This document shows, one piece after another, positions 12,799 to 26,885 of a DNA stretch of 64,000 nt. Made by a program: the position numbers and the translations under genes. Positions within the stretch are counted from its first letter, which is position 1; each line of letters starts with the position of its first letter. Source of the stretch: Octopus sinensis (taxonomy: Eukaryota). Location: assembly GCF_006345805.1 (NCBI RefSeq), contig NC_043000.1, positions 122,016,001 through 122,080,000 of the forward strand, in the 5' to 3' direction. The notes beneath the pieces are model-generated. The model was given only the letters and a program-made list of their open reading frames with translations, had not been told where the DNA came from and did no database searches.

Positions 12799-13182
12799 GG
12801 CATATATACGTAACTATATATGATTAAATAGATACAAAACTCTTACGAATTGCAATGAAGCTAATTTCATAAATTTGAGTAGCCTAAGATTAGTTGAAAG
12901 TTGATGCTCTGCAGCTCCTAGTCGGATGATTTTCTTTCTCGTATTTCAGCTGACTGAATATCTACTCTTTTAATTAATGATAGAGAGCTATACACTAAAC
13001 TGACAAATAACGCCCTATAGGCTGAACGGCGTCACTAAAGAAATGGAAAGGGAAGAAGAATGAGCGAAGATAAAAAAGATGAACCCGAGAAGGGTGAGGT
13101 GACGAAAAGATTGGAAGTCGGAGCAAATTTGAAAGGAAAGTGGTTTTGATGTAGGTGGAAGAAAAGAAAAAAAATAATAAAA

Positions 13183-13372
13183 CGTAGTAGTAGTAGTAGC
13201 AGCAGCAGTAGTAGTAGTAGCAGTAGTAGTAGTAGCAGCAGCAGCAGTAGTAGTAGTAGTAGTAGTGTAGTAGTAGTAGTAGTAAGAGGAGGCATAGTGG
13301 ATAAGTGTGTAGAAGAAGAAGAAGAGAAAGAGGAGGAGGGAGTAGGAGGAGTAGGAGGAGGAGGATAACAAC
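13183..13372. repeat. (TAG/CAG)n and GAG/GAA-rich trinucleotide microsatellite
   Basis: Directly visible; explains the poly-Y/T/L ORFs. Confidence 0.95.
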
Positions 13373-13859
13373 TAGAATAATAAGGAAATATTGTAAACGT
13401 CGGAAAGATAAATAGAAGGAATGCACATGTGGAAGATGGAGATCATAACGGAATACTCTTTGGAAATACAAAACTCAGAAAAATCATATCATGTATGAAT
13501 TTCAAAATTAAATATTATGAAACTCAATGTACAAGGTATAAAATTTAATGCATATGCGTATACATGTATTAATATATGAAAATACGGCATACTCTGTATA
13601 TATATATATATATAGGATATTATAAAATATGTATATAGAATTATACATCCACAAAGACTTGTTTATTGCAGTGTTATATACAATACATTCATCCTAAATC
13701 TCTGCATACATATCCTAAGAGGACATGGCATTGCATCCTATGAGTTCAATTTCCTCTACCTGTATGTGTGTGTAAATTGGGTCATATCATTAATAATGCG
13801 GTTTTGTTAATTCTTGTTTTATTTTTCAAAATTAAGATAAACGAAGGTCAATTTTAAAA

Positions 13860-14200
13860 CTATAATATACTTCTCTTCGTTTTCTACAATGCTCTTCCGT
13901 CAATCCGGTAGACTTGCAACGCCCCTATTCCAAAATTCACTTGTGTGTGATGAAAAAATGCTTCTCTTCTACTGTTCTGACATCGTCAACCGAATTCTAA
14001 CCTTTTCCGTCCAAACGATTTTGGAACCTGCAGATGATCAAATGGGGCAATGTCCGGCGAATATGGTGGGTGGGGCATCATTTCCCCTTCCAACTGCTCC
14101 AGCCGTTGGAATGTCATCCTCGCTGTATCTGTCGAGTATCATCTTTATGGAAGAATACCTTTCGTCTTGAAACCAATGATGGTCACATTTGTTCTCGCGC
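13860..14200 (-). pseudogene. Mariner transposase C-terminal relic
   Basis: Minus strand MPHPPYSPDIAPFDHL (14043-14078) matches the mariner YSPDLAPxD motif. Downstream GVASLPD*RKSIVENEEKY matches the GIxxLxxRWxKC...GxY terminus. Stops and frameshifts present. Confidence 0.8.
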
Positions 14201-14896
14201 TGACTTGAATGATTGGTTATTTGTAAGTGTTGTAAGACTTGAATGATCGGTTATTTGTAAGTGTTGTAAATGTATTGATAATCTACGTTATTTCATTTTA
14301 AAATATATATGAAAATTTATTTGTGTTTCTACTGTAGAACTGATGTTAGTCTGTTTCTTCATTCGTTGTAAATTTATTTCAGCACTAGCGTCCCTAAGGG
14401 TAATATTCTCAGGGAACGCACGAAAGCCCTTTTCAGAGTTATTTACCTAGAATTATTATTATCTCATATCAGATTAACTTGTTATTATGTAACAAGCTTC
14501 ACAATTCTGGTATACATAAAATATTGGTATTTCCTCCTAAGTTCTATATACTCTAGGAACGCATTAAAGCCTTTTTCGGGACTACGTTATTTGAATTCTT
14601 AATATCGGGTAACTAACTTCATGTTATTATGTAAGTGATTTCACGATTTGGATATTCATAATTTATTGGGATTTCATAAAAACAAGGTCCTATGCATAAA
14701 ACCCTTTTAAAGGCTACATACTTTGTATTGTCGTTATTGGATTAGGGGAACAATTATGAGAATGGAACCAAGGGATAAGACTTCTGAGTACGTTAGTTGG
14801 TAAATATATATATATATATGTGTGTCTGTGTGTGAGTGTGTATGTATTTGAATATGTATATCTATCTATATGTGTATGTGTGTGTGTGTGCGCGCG

Positions 14897-15098
14897 TGAA
14901 GGCACACGGCTCAGTGGTGAGAGCGTCGAGCTTACGATCGTGGGGTTGTGAGTTCGATACTCGGACCGAGCTGCGTCATATTTTCTTGAGCAAGACACTT
15001 TATTTCACGTTGCTCCAGTTCACTTCGTTGTAGAAATGAGTTGCGACGTCACTTGTGCCAAGCTGTATCGGCCTTTGAACTTTCCCTTGGATAACATA
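14897..15098 (+). mobile_element. tRNA-derived SINE (family B relative)
   Basis: GAAGGCACACGGCTCAGTGGTGAGAGCGTCGAGC...GAGTTCGATACTC head; body shared with the 44414 copy. Confidence 0.8.
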
Positions 15099-15290
15099 GC
15101 ATTCAACCAACACATTGACATTTGCGCCAAAAAAAATATCCAAGCTTCAGAATTTTTCCCCTCAACCAATACAGGGACGATACAACCTGTAGCCAACGAA
15201 TCAGTAAAGAGACTCTTTATTACAAAATACAGACCCATTTTGAACGCATCTGCAACAAGCGACGCATCTACTACGGCCTTAGAATAACAT
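15090..15290 (+). pseudogene. Probable C-terminal fragment of a second Penelope-type GIY-YIG domain
   Basis: FNQHIDICAKK...EFFP...ESVKRLFITKYRPILN resembles the H-x-x-C...E-x-x-FI-x-K-x-x-P-x-LN end of PLE endonucleases. Confidence 0.5.
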
Positions 15291-15954
15291 AAACACACAC
15301 GCAAGTATTAGAAATGATATATTCAGGAGATGCCAAGAATTCATTAAAAACAGTCCCAATCACTGCTATAATCTATAACGAGGCACTTTTAGATCCCTTG
15401 AGCATTTAATATCCTACTACTATCATACCACCTATATTCCTGCTTATTCTCCCTTCTCTTTCTCCTTCTTCGTCTTCTTCCTCTCCGCAACCTCCTTCCT
15501 AACTTTACTACTACTGCTGTTTAGAATAACACCTACGCAAATTTTATGAACAATACATTCAAAAGAGATGTCTCAGGAATTCAATAACTACTACCATCCA
15601 CAACAACTCACTTTCAGGGCACTTGACCATTTAACATCCTTCTACTATCATGGCACTCACGCATACTTCGCCTCTTCTTTCTCCTCCTCCTTCTGCTTCT
15701 GCTTCTTCCCTGCCAAGAATTCACAATGACTTCGAACTCACAAGAGTAAACAAGAGAGACAGAGACAGGCAGAAACCAGGAAAATGCCACTTGTATTTGA
15801 ACACTATGCAAATATTCTTTTAAAAAACTTTTCTTTTATTTTTTCCAAAATTTAATTGTTTTTCATACTGACAAATTTCCATGGAGCATAAATACCAATT
15901 CCATGCTGGATAATGACTAATAACAAATACCACTTGTTTCATTAATCGATTATC

Positions 15955-16003
<49 letters not shown>

Positions 16004-16315
16004 TGTGTGTGTATGTGTTCTTTTGTGTGAGTGCTCTTATACGTGTGTGTCTGCGATTTCGTGTATGTGTGTGTGTTTCTGTATGTTGGCAGTACAGTTT
16101 CTGAATAAATCTGGGTGAGGCACACAGAACAGAGAGCTACTTCATGTTATATTTATATGTCTTTTTCGTGTGTCTATTTATTACTGCATATATATAAACA
16201 CACACACACATATATACACACACACACACATATATACACACACACACATACACACACATACACACACACAAACATACCTACATATACGTAGATATATGAC
16301 GTTTTATAATTGTAA

Positions 16316-16607
16316 GTATAATTATAATTAAGATTCAGCAAAAAAGAATTGTTTTGCCACATACCGAACTTTTAGAAATAGCAGCCAATGAACTTAGCTA
16401 TTTCTTCTACTATAAGAAGAATATCCCAGACAACGTATACGGGGCGATTCTTCTTATAGTAGAAGAAATAGCTCCTTCGTTTGCTATTTCTAAAAGTTCG
16501 GTATGTGGCAAAACGAATTTTTTTTATCTTTCTGCTGAACCCTAAATTTCGGTATGTGGCAAAGCATTTTTTTTTTTTTTTTTGCTGAACACTAATTATA
16601 ATTATAC
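16316..16607. mobile_element. MITE-like fold-back element
   Basis: Perfect stems 16352-16383/16482-16513 (32 bp) and 16396-16422/16447-16473 (27 bp), plus outer TA-rich inverted termini and a duplicated terminal subunit. Confidence 0.65.
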
Positions 16608-17621
16608 TCATGATTATAAAACGTAATGTTTAAATTTACCGTAAATGGTCCTTTTAACATGCTGAACACTACTTGGTGGAATTACTAATTACTAATTAAT
16701 TAATTAATTAATTAATTTTACTCTTTATTATTATTAATATACGTAGATATAGATATATGCATGACGATATGCACAACTGACTCTTACAATTTTTCCTCAA
16801 GTGACGTCTTGTGGACGTTGTGTAAAATACATTTTCTGCATTATACACAGATAAAGAGGCACATTGTTGGAGATTACAGAGACACCGACTCATACAATAA
16901 GTGTGTGTTAATCTTGCACGAGAACTTGGGATAGTCATCGTATAAACCGACAACGGATCCATTCAAAGTATTTATATAGAAACACATCTAAATAAATATG
17001 AGCAAACATGACATATAAACGTTAGTTCAACTTGAAGTAGATAGATATCACTTGAAGAGCTTTCTAGAAAGACAGGAAATCCTTGGACGCTTTGCCTATT
17101 TCAAAGCTGTTTTTCGCCATAGATACACGCAAGCATATCATTACAGTTTGACAGAACACCACAAAGGAGCACATAAGGAAAACGAGATTACAAGCCGATC
17201 TAATAGAATACGAATATCTTAACCTGTTAATTATTAAGTAGTAATGTCACTAGACGGATCGCAATTCATATGAAACTCTGCTTTCTTAATACAAATTTCA
17301 TTCCCTACGTTAGCCTTGTGATATTTTTCTTTTTTTTTTCTTTGGTACTTTTCCTACTACCGCTTCGAAAGGATTGTATTTCGTGCCGGTTAAAAGTAAG
17401 TAACACAGAAATAAGTACAGTTGCGCATTAAACGTTATAATTGGTGAAGACCTCATTGCAAAGCATTAAGCATAACGCTCAATAGCCCCGTTGGTGACAA
17501 AGACAACTTTCACACGTCTCAATTAAATACACTAACTGGCATAATTTGTTTTTGTTCGATGCTCTTCCCATCATTATTTCTCTTAACATGCGTACACAGA
17601 CATACACTCACACGCGCGCGC

Positions 17622-17671
<50 letters not shown>

Positions 17672-17721
17672 ATATATGATATAGATAGATAGATGAAAGA
17701 TAGATAGATACATATGTGCTC

Positions 17722-17824
<103 letters not shown>

Positions 17825-18112
17825 CATACATACAAACATATAAGCGTGTGTATGAGCGGGTGTGTGCATGAGCGTGTGTGTGAGTGAGCGTGTGTATACA
17901 ATCATACATAAATAGTTATACATGGACATACGTGAAATTGTGACACTTGCTTATATATTTCGTTATACTGTCTAATTCACAAAATCATTTCTATATGTCA
18001 CTCTACATAAAGGGTGTCACTGTTTTAGTTAAACTTTGCCATGACGCCAATTATCCTAGACACCTACAAATTACCAACTGTGCGTGTATTCCACACACAC
18101 ACACACACACAC

Positions 18113-18160
<48 letters not shown>

Positions 18161-18360
18161 TATTATATATATATATATATGAATCACACAACACCGAGGG
18201 TAATTGATAGATGTCTAGCATAATTGAAGTCATGGCAAAGATTGACCAGGAAATTGACACCATGTAAGTAAAGTCACATACACGCGAGCACACATGTACA
18301 GATATATATACATATGTGTGTGTGTGTGTATATATATATATGTATATATATATTTATATT

Positions 18361-18612
18361 TACATTTAGTCATTTAGACGTTTCAGTCACACGGCTGAGA
18401 TCATGCTGGGGGAACCACCGTGGCTTTTGCCGATTTCCTCATTCTGATCTAGGTTGTTTGAGGTACCCACTCCTATACGTTCCTCTGTATCAGTTGCTGG
18501 TGCATCTGGTGCATAACGGATTTTCATTCCGCCTCTGCAGTCGACACCTCATATCAGACGGTTGATTCATCGGGTGTTGCGGAGAGGAAGATGTCTAGTT
18601 CTCGTTTGAAGA
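18361..18612 (-). mobile_element. Decayed CR1-type LINE 3' end
   Basis: Minus strand VFKRELDIFLSATPDES...SVMHQM is homologous to the 22.9-kb copy and is followed by the CCCAGCATG...CTGAAAC tail. Confidence 0.7.
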
Positions 18613-18690
18613 CACACACGCATATAAATATATATATACACATATAACATATATTCGTACGTACATACATATATACCCAAACACATATAT

Positions 18691-18737
<47 letters not shown>

Positions 18738-18774
18738 CATATATAATATAATATATATATATAATATTATATAT

Positions 18775-18806
<32 letters not shown>

Positions 18807-18808
18807 AT

Positions 18809-18839
<31 letters not shown>

Positions 18840-18962
18840 CGTAGTATAGCCGAATTGTTACGCCCTTCAAGGTAGTACCCTATCATGTCCTCAGTTTATG
18901 AACTAAATCAAGTAAAAGATGAAAGATATACGTGTGTATCTATGTGTATATATTAAATATAT

Positions 18963-19019
<57 letters not shown>

Positions 19020-19196
19020 GATATATATGTATATATACATATAGGGAGAGAGAGAAAGTGAGAGATAAATAGATATATGACAATAATGCTCCACTATTCA
19101 GAATGCTTGTGAAAAAACGTGCATATTTACAAATATGTTGATAGTTATACAACGATAAGAGGGAAATGAGGAAGAGAAAAAGAGAAGAAAAAGAAC

Positions 19197-19838
19197 AAAA
19201 AAAGAAAAATGCTTTGTAATGAAATTTCAATGGATTGAACACAGCAAATTGAAAATATACCTCCTCTCTCTCTCTTTCTCTCTATTTATTTACCAATCTT
19301 CCTATTTATATATACTTCACATTGACTGTGTGTAACACGATGTCTTAGTAAGAGAGATTAATATGTAGTATTTTAACCGAGTCAGTTTCTTGCTAGTTTA
19401 AGTCTTGCCCGTTGATCCATAAAGTCATCAGACATGTCATATTTCCCCTTAAACCGTGCATCAACAGGTGGAACTTAGAATAGCAAGAGACTGACTCGAT
19501 TAAGATAAACTTTGTGAAAAGAGTAGAAACGGAAAAAAAGAAAAATGCTTTGTAATGAAATTTCAATGGGTTGAATACATCAAATTGAAAAGAAGCATCT
19601 CTCTCTCCCCTTCTCTATGTATCTATCTATCTTCCTATTTATATATATTTCGCATTGACTGCCTGTAACACGATGTCTTAGTAAGAAAGATTAATATGTT
19701 GTATTTTAGCTGAGTCAGTTTCTTGCTAGTTTGAGTCTTGCCCGTCGATTCATAAAGTCATCAGATATGTCATATTTCGCCTTAAACCGTGCATCGACAG
19801 GCGAAACTTAGAATAGCAAGAGATGGACCCGATTAAGA
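19197..19838. repeat. Diverged tandem duplication (period about 336 bp); each unit holds a ~131-bp element with 23-bp inverted termini
   Basis: AAAAATGCTTTGTAATGAAATTTCAATGG at 19205 and 19541. TTAACCGAGTCAGTTTCTTGCTA (19373) pairs with TAGCAAGAGACTGACTCGATTAA (ending 19503) at 21/23. Confidence 0.8.
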
Positions 19839-20929
19839 AAAAAATCTGTAAATCCGTGGCCGTCATTTCTTTCATTTATTTTGGAGACTGATTTGGTTTC
19901 AATTTTTTCTGTATTTTCCATGAAATAAATCTTTGTAATGAAATCCCATCAATTCTAATCGGAAACAATAGACAACCATCAATAATTTAATGTTTCGGGT
20001 ATTGTACTCATGATCGTAAAATTCCGGCTTCTATTATCTGTGTGTATTCCCCACTCTCTCTCTCCCTCTCCTTTTTTATGCGTGTGTGTGTGTTAGCTAG
20101 TTGGCACGTTCTGAATCACACGCACCAATGATATGACCCGTCGCGATTTTAGCCCCACGCTGCATCGGCATTTTTGTCTCGATGAGAGCATAATTCATAC
20201 ACAACTTGCCAATCGTTTTAATTTAAAGTTACAATATGAAATCTTGCAGGTCCCGTCTCCAAGATTTCGAATTAAATAAGCACTAAATGCTGTGCATTTA
20301 ACTGATAGTGCTTCGTTAGAATATTGCATCCATGTTTGTCATCTTTCGTTTACCTTCTTCCTGGTGCTCTTGTAATTCCTGAGGTTTTGTTCAACTGAAA
20401 TCCATAATGCATCCTTACTTTGTAGAGTATTTTACTCGTACACATTTTTATCATCATTATTTTCTCTGTGGCATTCACTTTGTTCTGTTTTATTTCCAAT
20501 ATATATTTACATGGATTTTTTTGTAAGAATGAATGAATTTTCGTGCGCGCATGCTTTCTCCCAACTTCAAACACGTTACGTGTAAGTATGCGTACGTTCA
20601 TGCAAATATGTGCATGACATTAAGATGTTGTTAACATGAATATATGCAGTTATGTGAATAGGTTTTTGTACGGATGATTACGCGTGAATATGTATATGAT
20701 ATAAATTGATATATATTCATTTATATACACGTTGCATATGCACTTATTACACACACACATATATACATACATACATATATATATATATACATATATATAT
20801 TATATGTATATGTATATATATTATATATATATGTATATATATATGTATGTAGATATATATGTATATATATATGTAGATATATATATATATTACATATATA
20901 TGTATATGTATATATATATATAGTATATG

Positions 20930-20996
<67 letters not shown>

Positions 20997-22090
20997 CATA
21001 TACATACATATAGGCACACACACGCGCGCATTCATAACAAATGATCCACGAAGAACACAATTCTTTCAACTTCCAACACGGCGATGAATTTTTTGTAAAA
21101 ATTCACTCTTTGCTTTTATCGTCATCCTTTTCTACTTTATTTCATAAAATATATGATATCGATTAATTCACTCCTTTAATCACAACATTAAACGATTTCC
21201 CCTTGAAGAAACGATTTTCTCGCTTTTTTTTTATTTTAGCGTGAAAGTTTTCATGAAATCTGTCTTCACAACATTGCCTATATTTTAAGTTTCTTTCTCA
21301 TTATATGGTAGGGGCCATTTATGCCTTCACCATCTATTTCCAAATGGCACGCAAGCTGTAGAAGGTAAGGGAGTATCAAATATTCTATCAAAGCTCAGCT
21401 TGAAGCTCAAGTATTTTCTATACTCTTCTGAATTCCATTTTTTCAGATTTTCTTTTGGTTTTCCATAGAAACATCGTATTGTTTATTGTTTTTTTATGAA
21501 AGGATATCCACTTTGACACCAAATAAAAAATGCCTTTTCTCGAGCGTTGAAATTCCTATAACCTATAAATAACAGCATATAAGTATTTGGTTAAAAATCC
21601 GTTTGTATAGAAAAATATCAAAGGCTGGCTGTGGGACACGAAACTGTATATTCTCTGAATACGGCAGATGTTCTACCATTGGACCAAACCGATCTTTTGA
21701 ATGTCTATATTTCTTTTAAAAACCTGCTTGTTAGCAGCAATAAATGTATGTTATTGACGTTATAAGAATCTAGAAGCTGCGACAGAATATGAAATAATTT
21801 TTTGTTGGAATGTTTGATTTTCAAGCAATGAATTTATAAATAACAGCTTGTAAATATTGGATTCAAAGAATACTTTGGATAAGAAAATATGGATGACTTA
21901 TGACGTCAACAGCAGACAATTATCGGTGATAAGAATAAAGTCTCTTAAATGGGTCATGGATTTCAAGTGATTGGCTTTGTCTAATTTTAGAACATCTGTT
22001 AGATTTACAGAATATTTGCTTACCAGTCCCACAGGCAGGCCTAACATTTTTATGCAAAATATATTTAAGCACAATATTTACACACTTGAG

Positions 22091-22270
22091 GGCGATGAGC
22101 TGGCACAGTCGTTATCACTCCGGGCAAAATGCTCAGAGGATATTCGTCCATCTTCCCAATCTGAGTTCAAATTCTGCATTTTCCTCCTTTCGGGGTCGAT
22201 AAAATATGTATCAGTTGAGTACCCCCATCCCTGAAATTGCTGACCTTCAGCTAAAAGTTAAAATCAATAT
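22091..22270 (+). mobile_element. Diverged SINE related to family A
   Basis: GGCGATGAGCTGGCA...CTGAGTTCAAATTC...TTTCGGGGTCGATAAA. Confidence 0.7.
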
Positions 22271-22560
22271 TCATGCGCTATTATTTATATCTTCACTTGT
22301 TTTTGAGTTTCAACGTTCCGTTCTAAATTTTAATGTCCTCTGATATGAAGTATATATAGCAACAGCTTACTTCTTTTCGATTTTCATTACTGCTCTGATA
22401 CAATATGTAAAACACAACATGCATATTTCATATTCATAGCAAGTGAATAACATTCATTTTAACTAACATACGCAGTATATTCTGATACGTAAGAATTCAA
22501 AAGATGTCCTCTATTAAGTTTATATTTTGCTAATATATACACATGTCAAATTAATCTCAG

Positions 22561-23130
22561 AACTTGAGGCAATCCAACGAAGCTACACGAAAAAGATGGC
22601 CTCTATGCAGCATATAAGCTATTAGGAAAGACTCAAGAGATTAAGACTCTATTAGAGCGTAGGCGAGAAAGATATACCATAATATACGTCTGGAAGATCC
22701 TGGAAGGACTTGTCCCAAACTTTGGAATTGAGAGTTACATAAGTACTAGAACTGGGCGCCACTGCATAGTGCCAAGGACTCCAAATTTTCCATCAAGATG
22801 TAGGGCAAGATACTGCAATAGCCTTGGCTTTAGAGGTCCACAGTTCTTCAATATTCCCCCGAAGGACCTGAGAGACCTGCATTGGGCGGATGTAGGTGTC
22901 TTCAAAATAAAGCTGGACCTCTTCCTGTCAGTTGTCCCAGATGAACCAACTTCGCAGCAGGAGGTGCAGATGAGAGCAGCTGCATCAAACTCTCTCATGC
23001 ACCAAATGTCAATTGCTAAAAAGCATTCGTGAAATAAACTTATGTAGCAACACAAAATGGTGGTGCTCCAGCATGGCCACAGCTCGTGAGCTGAAACTAG
23101 ATGAAATATAAAAAATAAAAATAAATAAAA
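22561..23130 (+). mobile_element. 5'-truncated CR1-type LINE (RT C-terminus and 3' UTR)
   Basis: LEAIQRSYTK...Y*ERLKRLRL / LERRRERYTIIYVWKILEGLVPN...GPQFFNIPP...VFKIKLDLFLSVVPDEP matches the CR1-clade RT end. A-rich tail. Confidence 0.8.
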
Positions 23131-24360
23131 TGCATAGTAATAAAGTTTGGGTATCGGTAAATATTACCTCCATAGATCTTGGTTTAAGTCCAGCCCTTAT
23201 GTTGAATTCACTCTATTTACTGGTAAAATTATGTATTTTATTTTGCTTTTGAACATAATGATTCTAAAAAGGAAATTTTTGTATCTGTTTTCCAATATTC
23301 ATAACAAATATTTTCGCATACTCTGAAAACATTTGAATACATATAGCATTATAGAAAAGAACTGAAGTTCATCCTTCAAATATATTTATCCCAAGATGGT
23401 ATCTACAGGCATTTCACATACAAGTATTTCATATATTGGTTATGCTCTTAATGGTTTCCCAATTAAGTATATTCTGAATTAAGGGAATGCTAAACTATGG
23501 TGCTAAGTGATTATGATAGCAATATTGAAAATTGAATAAACATTTAAAACCCTTTAGTTAAGGAGAAATGTCAGTAGATGCTAAACCCATACCCCTGCGT
23601 TCGCTGTCTTGTAATTTTAATTATTCATTTGGTGTGTTTTGTGAATTGTCGTCTTAAGATTTCACCATCCATTTTCACAGCTTTCGTGAAATATATATTA
23701 GCAATAAGGCTAATGTAGGAGCAAGTGGCTTTAGCTGCAAAGATTCGTTGTATATCTTTGTGCAAAACAAAAGTAAATGACCACGTACCATATAACGTAA
23801 ACGGAATTTTTACACTTATCTCACGTTCAGTACGCATGTTGATAGTTTTCTTTTTATATTCTCAAAAGTATGGCATTCACTACGTTAAATGCAACTCATG
23901 TGTAACTGCGTTTGTTACTTTAACGAAACACACGATGATATAGCTTAACTACGACTTATTTTTCTCGAGATGCTTACTCTATTATATAATGATTTCGTAA
24001 TATATACAGTATATCAAAACTCAAGTTTCTACATAGCATAAATGTCGTGACATGTTTACACTAACAATATGAGCTACTATATTAATATTTCAAGGATATT
24101 TTGAACGAATTTTGCTGCAGAAGTTTACAATTATTGACTTGTTAAAATAAGTAGAATTCGTAAGAAAACTGACAATGATAATTCTTTATTTTTGTACCCT
24201 TGTAAATTCTCTCGCTCCAAGAGCAAAACAAATGGGTTATAAATTGGTTTGAAATGTAAAAATGTTTGATATATAAGGCCAACACTTTTGGGCATGTGCT
24301 AAATCTATTATATCTACTTTAATGTTCTAATGTTATTACTTTTGTCTACACTGAAATAAT

Positions 24361-24895
24361 GAAAGGCAAAATCGATCCCAACGGAATATGATCTGATAAC
24401 ATAACGACGGACAAGATACCTATTTCTTTACTACCCACAAGGGGCTAAACACAGAGCTGACAAACAACAACAGACAGACGGATTAAGTCTATTATATCGA
24501 TTCCAGTGCGTAACTGGTACTTATTTTATCGACCCCGAAAGGATGAAAGGCAAAGTCGACCTCGGCGGAATTTGAACTCAGAACGTAGCGGCAGACGAAA
24601 TTCCTATTTCTTTACTACCCACAAGGGGCTAAAACAGACAGAGGACAAACAAGGACAGACAAACGGATTAAGTCGATTATATCGACCCCAGTGCGTAACT
24701 GGTACTTATATAATCGACGCCGAAAGGATGAAAGGCAAAGTCGACCTCGGCGTAATTTGAACTCAGAACGTAGTGGCAGACGGAATACAGCTAAGCATTT
24801 CGCCCGGCGTGCTAACGTTTCTGCCAGCTTACCGCGGACAAGATACCGCTAAACATTTTATCAGGCGCGTTATCGAATCTGCTCGTTAGCTGCCT
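24361..24895 (-). mobile_element. Young SINE family A dimer (24421-24834) nested in an older family A copy
   Basis: 13-bp TSD CGGACAAGATACC at 24408-24420 and 24835-24847. The flanks on both sides align to the same SINE consensus. Confidence 0.85.
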
Positions 24896-26779
24896 TTGAT
24901 ATAATATTGAATTACAACATTCCGGTTATCAGCTATAGCACAGATATTACGTAGACTTCCAACGTGCATTATCCCATCCCTAAAACAGGTGGACTGGAAA
25001 TTTCGGTAAGGTAACTGACAATACGTGTTACATTTCTTTGTTTACTTTTATCATATGACTCAAGCGTGGCCAGCATGAATCATTCTTTTCGATAGATGAA
25101 AGAAGAAAAATAAATAAAAATCGATAAAATTGAGAGAACCCATCCCCTAGCTGCATATCCTTCTGCCTTTTTTAAATATTGGCATTCTGCTCTTAATTCG
25201 TGGATACGTTACTTTACGTTCTCAGTAAGTTCTTAGACTTATATAAAAACATTTTAGATTAGAATATAGTTGATATCATACTTACAAATAGCTTAGTTGT
25301 TTTTAATTTATATCTAGATTCTGATGTCAAATAGCCAAAGACCTAGTTGGGCTAATGTACTAAATTCAGGTACACCATAGACACAGACAACTGCAACACA
25401 CGTTTTTTGTTGACAACGAAAAATCTTTTTTCATGAAATTCATTTGCAATGAATACCAACTAGAAATGTTATCTCATAACTCGAGGGAATGTTTATGTAT
25501 TCCAAGCAGAACGATGAACTAGTTTGTTTTCCCTATGGAATTAACAGATTTAATATTTTGATTATTTTACAGTAAACAAAAATAATACTGAACTAACGAT
25601 GGAAAAAGAAATGTTTTGTAGATTCAGGAAATAAATGGAATGCATGACAAACTGCCAGACATTTTTTTTAATATAAATACTAGGAAGATTCAATGGCCGT
25701 CGTAAAATAAAATGTAAACTCAGGCACAAATAAGCGAATGACGTATTTGCAGTTCTCGATAGACTTACATTCATTTCAATTCGACAAGAAACAAAAGGAT
25801 GTCATAGCATCATACTCCAAAAATATGGGGCCTTGAACTTGTCAAAAAGAATAACAAATTGGATAATATTCTGCCAGAAATATTTGTTTTCACTGTTTTG
25901 ACGTGTGTGTCTCTCTCGATGTAATAGAATTATAAGAAAAGCAATAATTTGCTATAGATTTTTTCCGATGGCTGCGTGCATTCATCAGCACGTGTGAAAT
26001 CGCGTTGTGGTCGATTTTATTGTTCTTTAAATTAATGTCGAAATATTGATATATTTACAGCGTCTCATTTCAGTATTATAATTCATTAATAGAATTGGCA
26101 TTTTAATTATATGACAAATCACATTTATATGTTTCTTTGTGAAACTGAATTAATGAATGCATGCTATATTTCGGTATGTGGGTCAGCATTTGTGTGTGCA
26201 TGTGTGCATGTGTGCGTGTGTGTGTATGTGTGTGTGTGTACATCTGACGGTGTATGTACATCTGAACATATGTTTGAGTAGCGATATTAATATGTGAGTA
26301 GATGAAATTCGTAAATGAAGAGGACGAAGGCTATATCATTAGCATGTTAGTGGCGTGGCTAAATGCGGCTGAAACTGGAATCGCTATCGGAAATTTTCAT
26401 TTAGTTATTGTTCAGAAAACAATGCTCGACATAATGAAGAATAGAGCTGGCAGTAACTGCAACTTCCTCCAAATTATTTCGTCACAAATTATCCTTGATA
26501 ATATTTTATAAAGAATAATGAAAGGAAATGTCGAAACTTCAAATTTTAATCTCTCTTGTCGTTTGCAATTGTTTCTCAATTCTTCACGCGCAATTCTTCG
26601 CGCTCGCTTGCATTATCAACATCAACTGTCCTTGGACATTATTGTCACGCGACTTAATAGTCATAAGGCCAGATGCTCCTTTTCCACGCTCTCTAAGAGG
26701 TCAGGATCACATCATACCCTCTGAAGTGCACGCCTCTCCGTAGCAGGTTTACTTGTTTACTTGTTTACAGTGTGAGGTC

Positions 26780-26885
26780 GGAAGTAACGCAAGATGAAGT
26801 GTTTTGCTCAACTAAAACAAAAACACAACGCATCGCTATTTCCAGGAATCGAAACCATAATCATCTGATCGTGAGTAACTATTAG
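26780..26885 (-). mobile_element. SINE relic (family B relative)
   Basis: GAAGTGTTTTGCTCAA...AACACAACGCATCGC...CCAGGAATCGAAACC is the reverse complement of the 44414 head/body. Confidence 0.55.

Noticed and set aside
12995-13471. Poly-Y/T/L ORFs
   Set aside because: Translations of the (TAG/CAG)n microsatellite.
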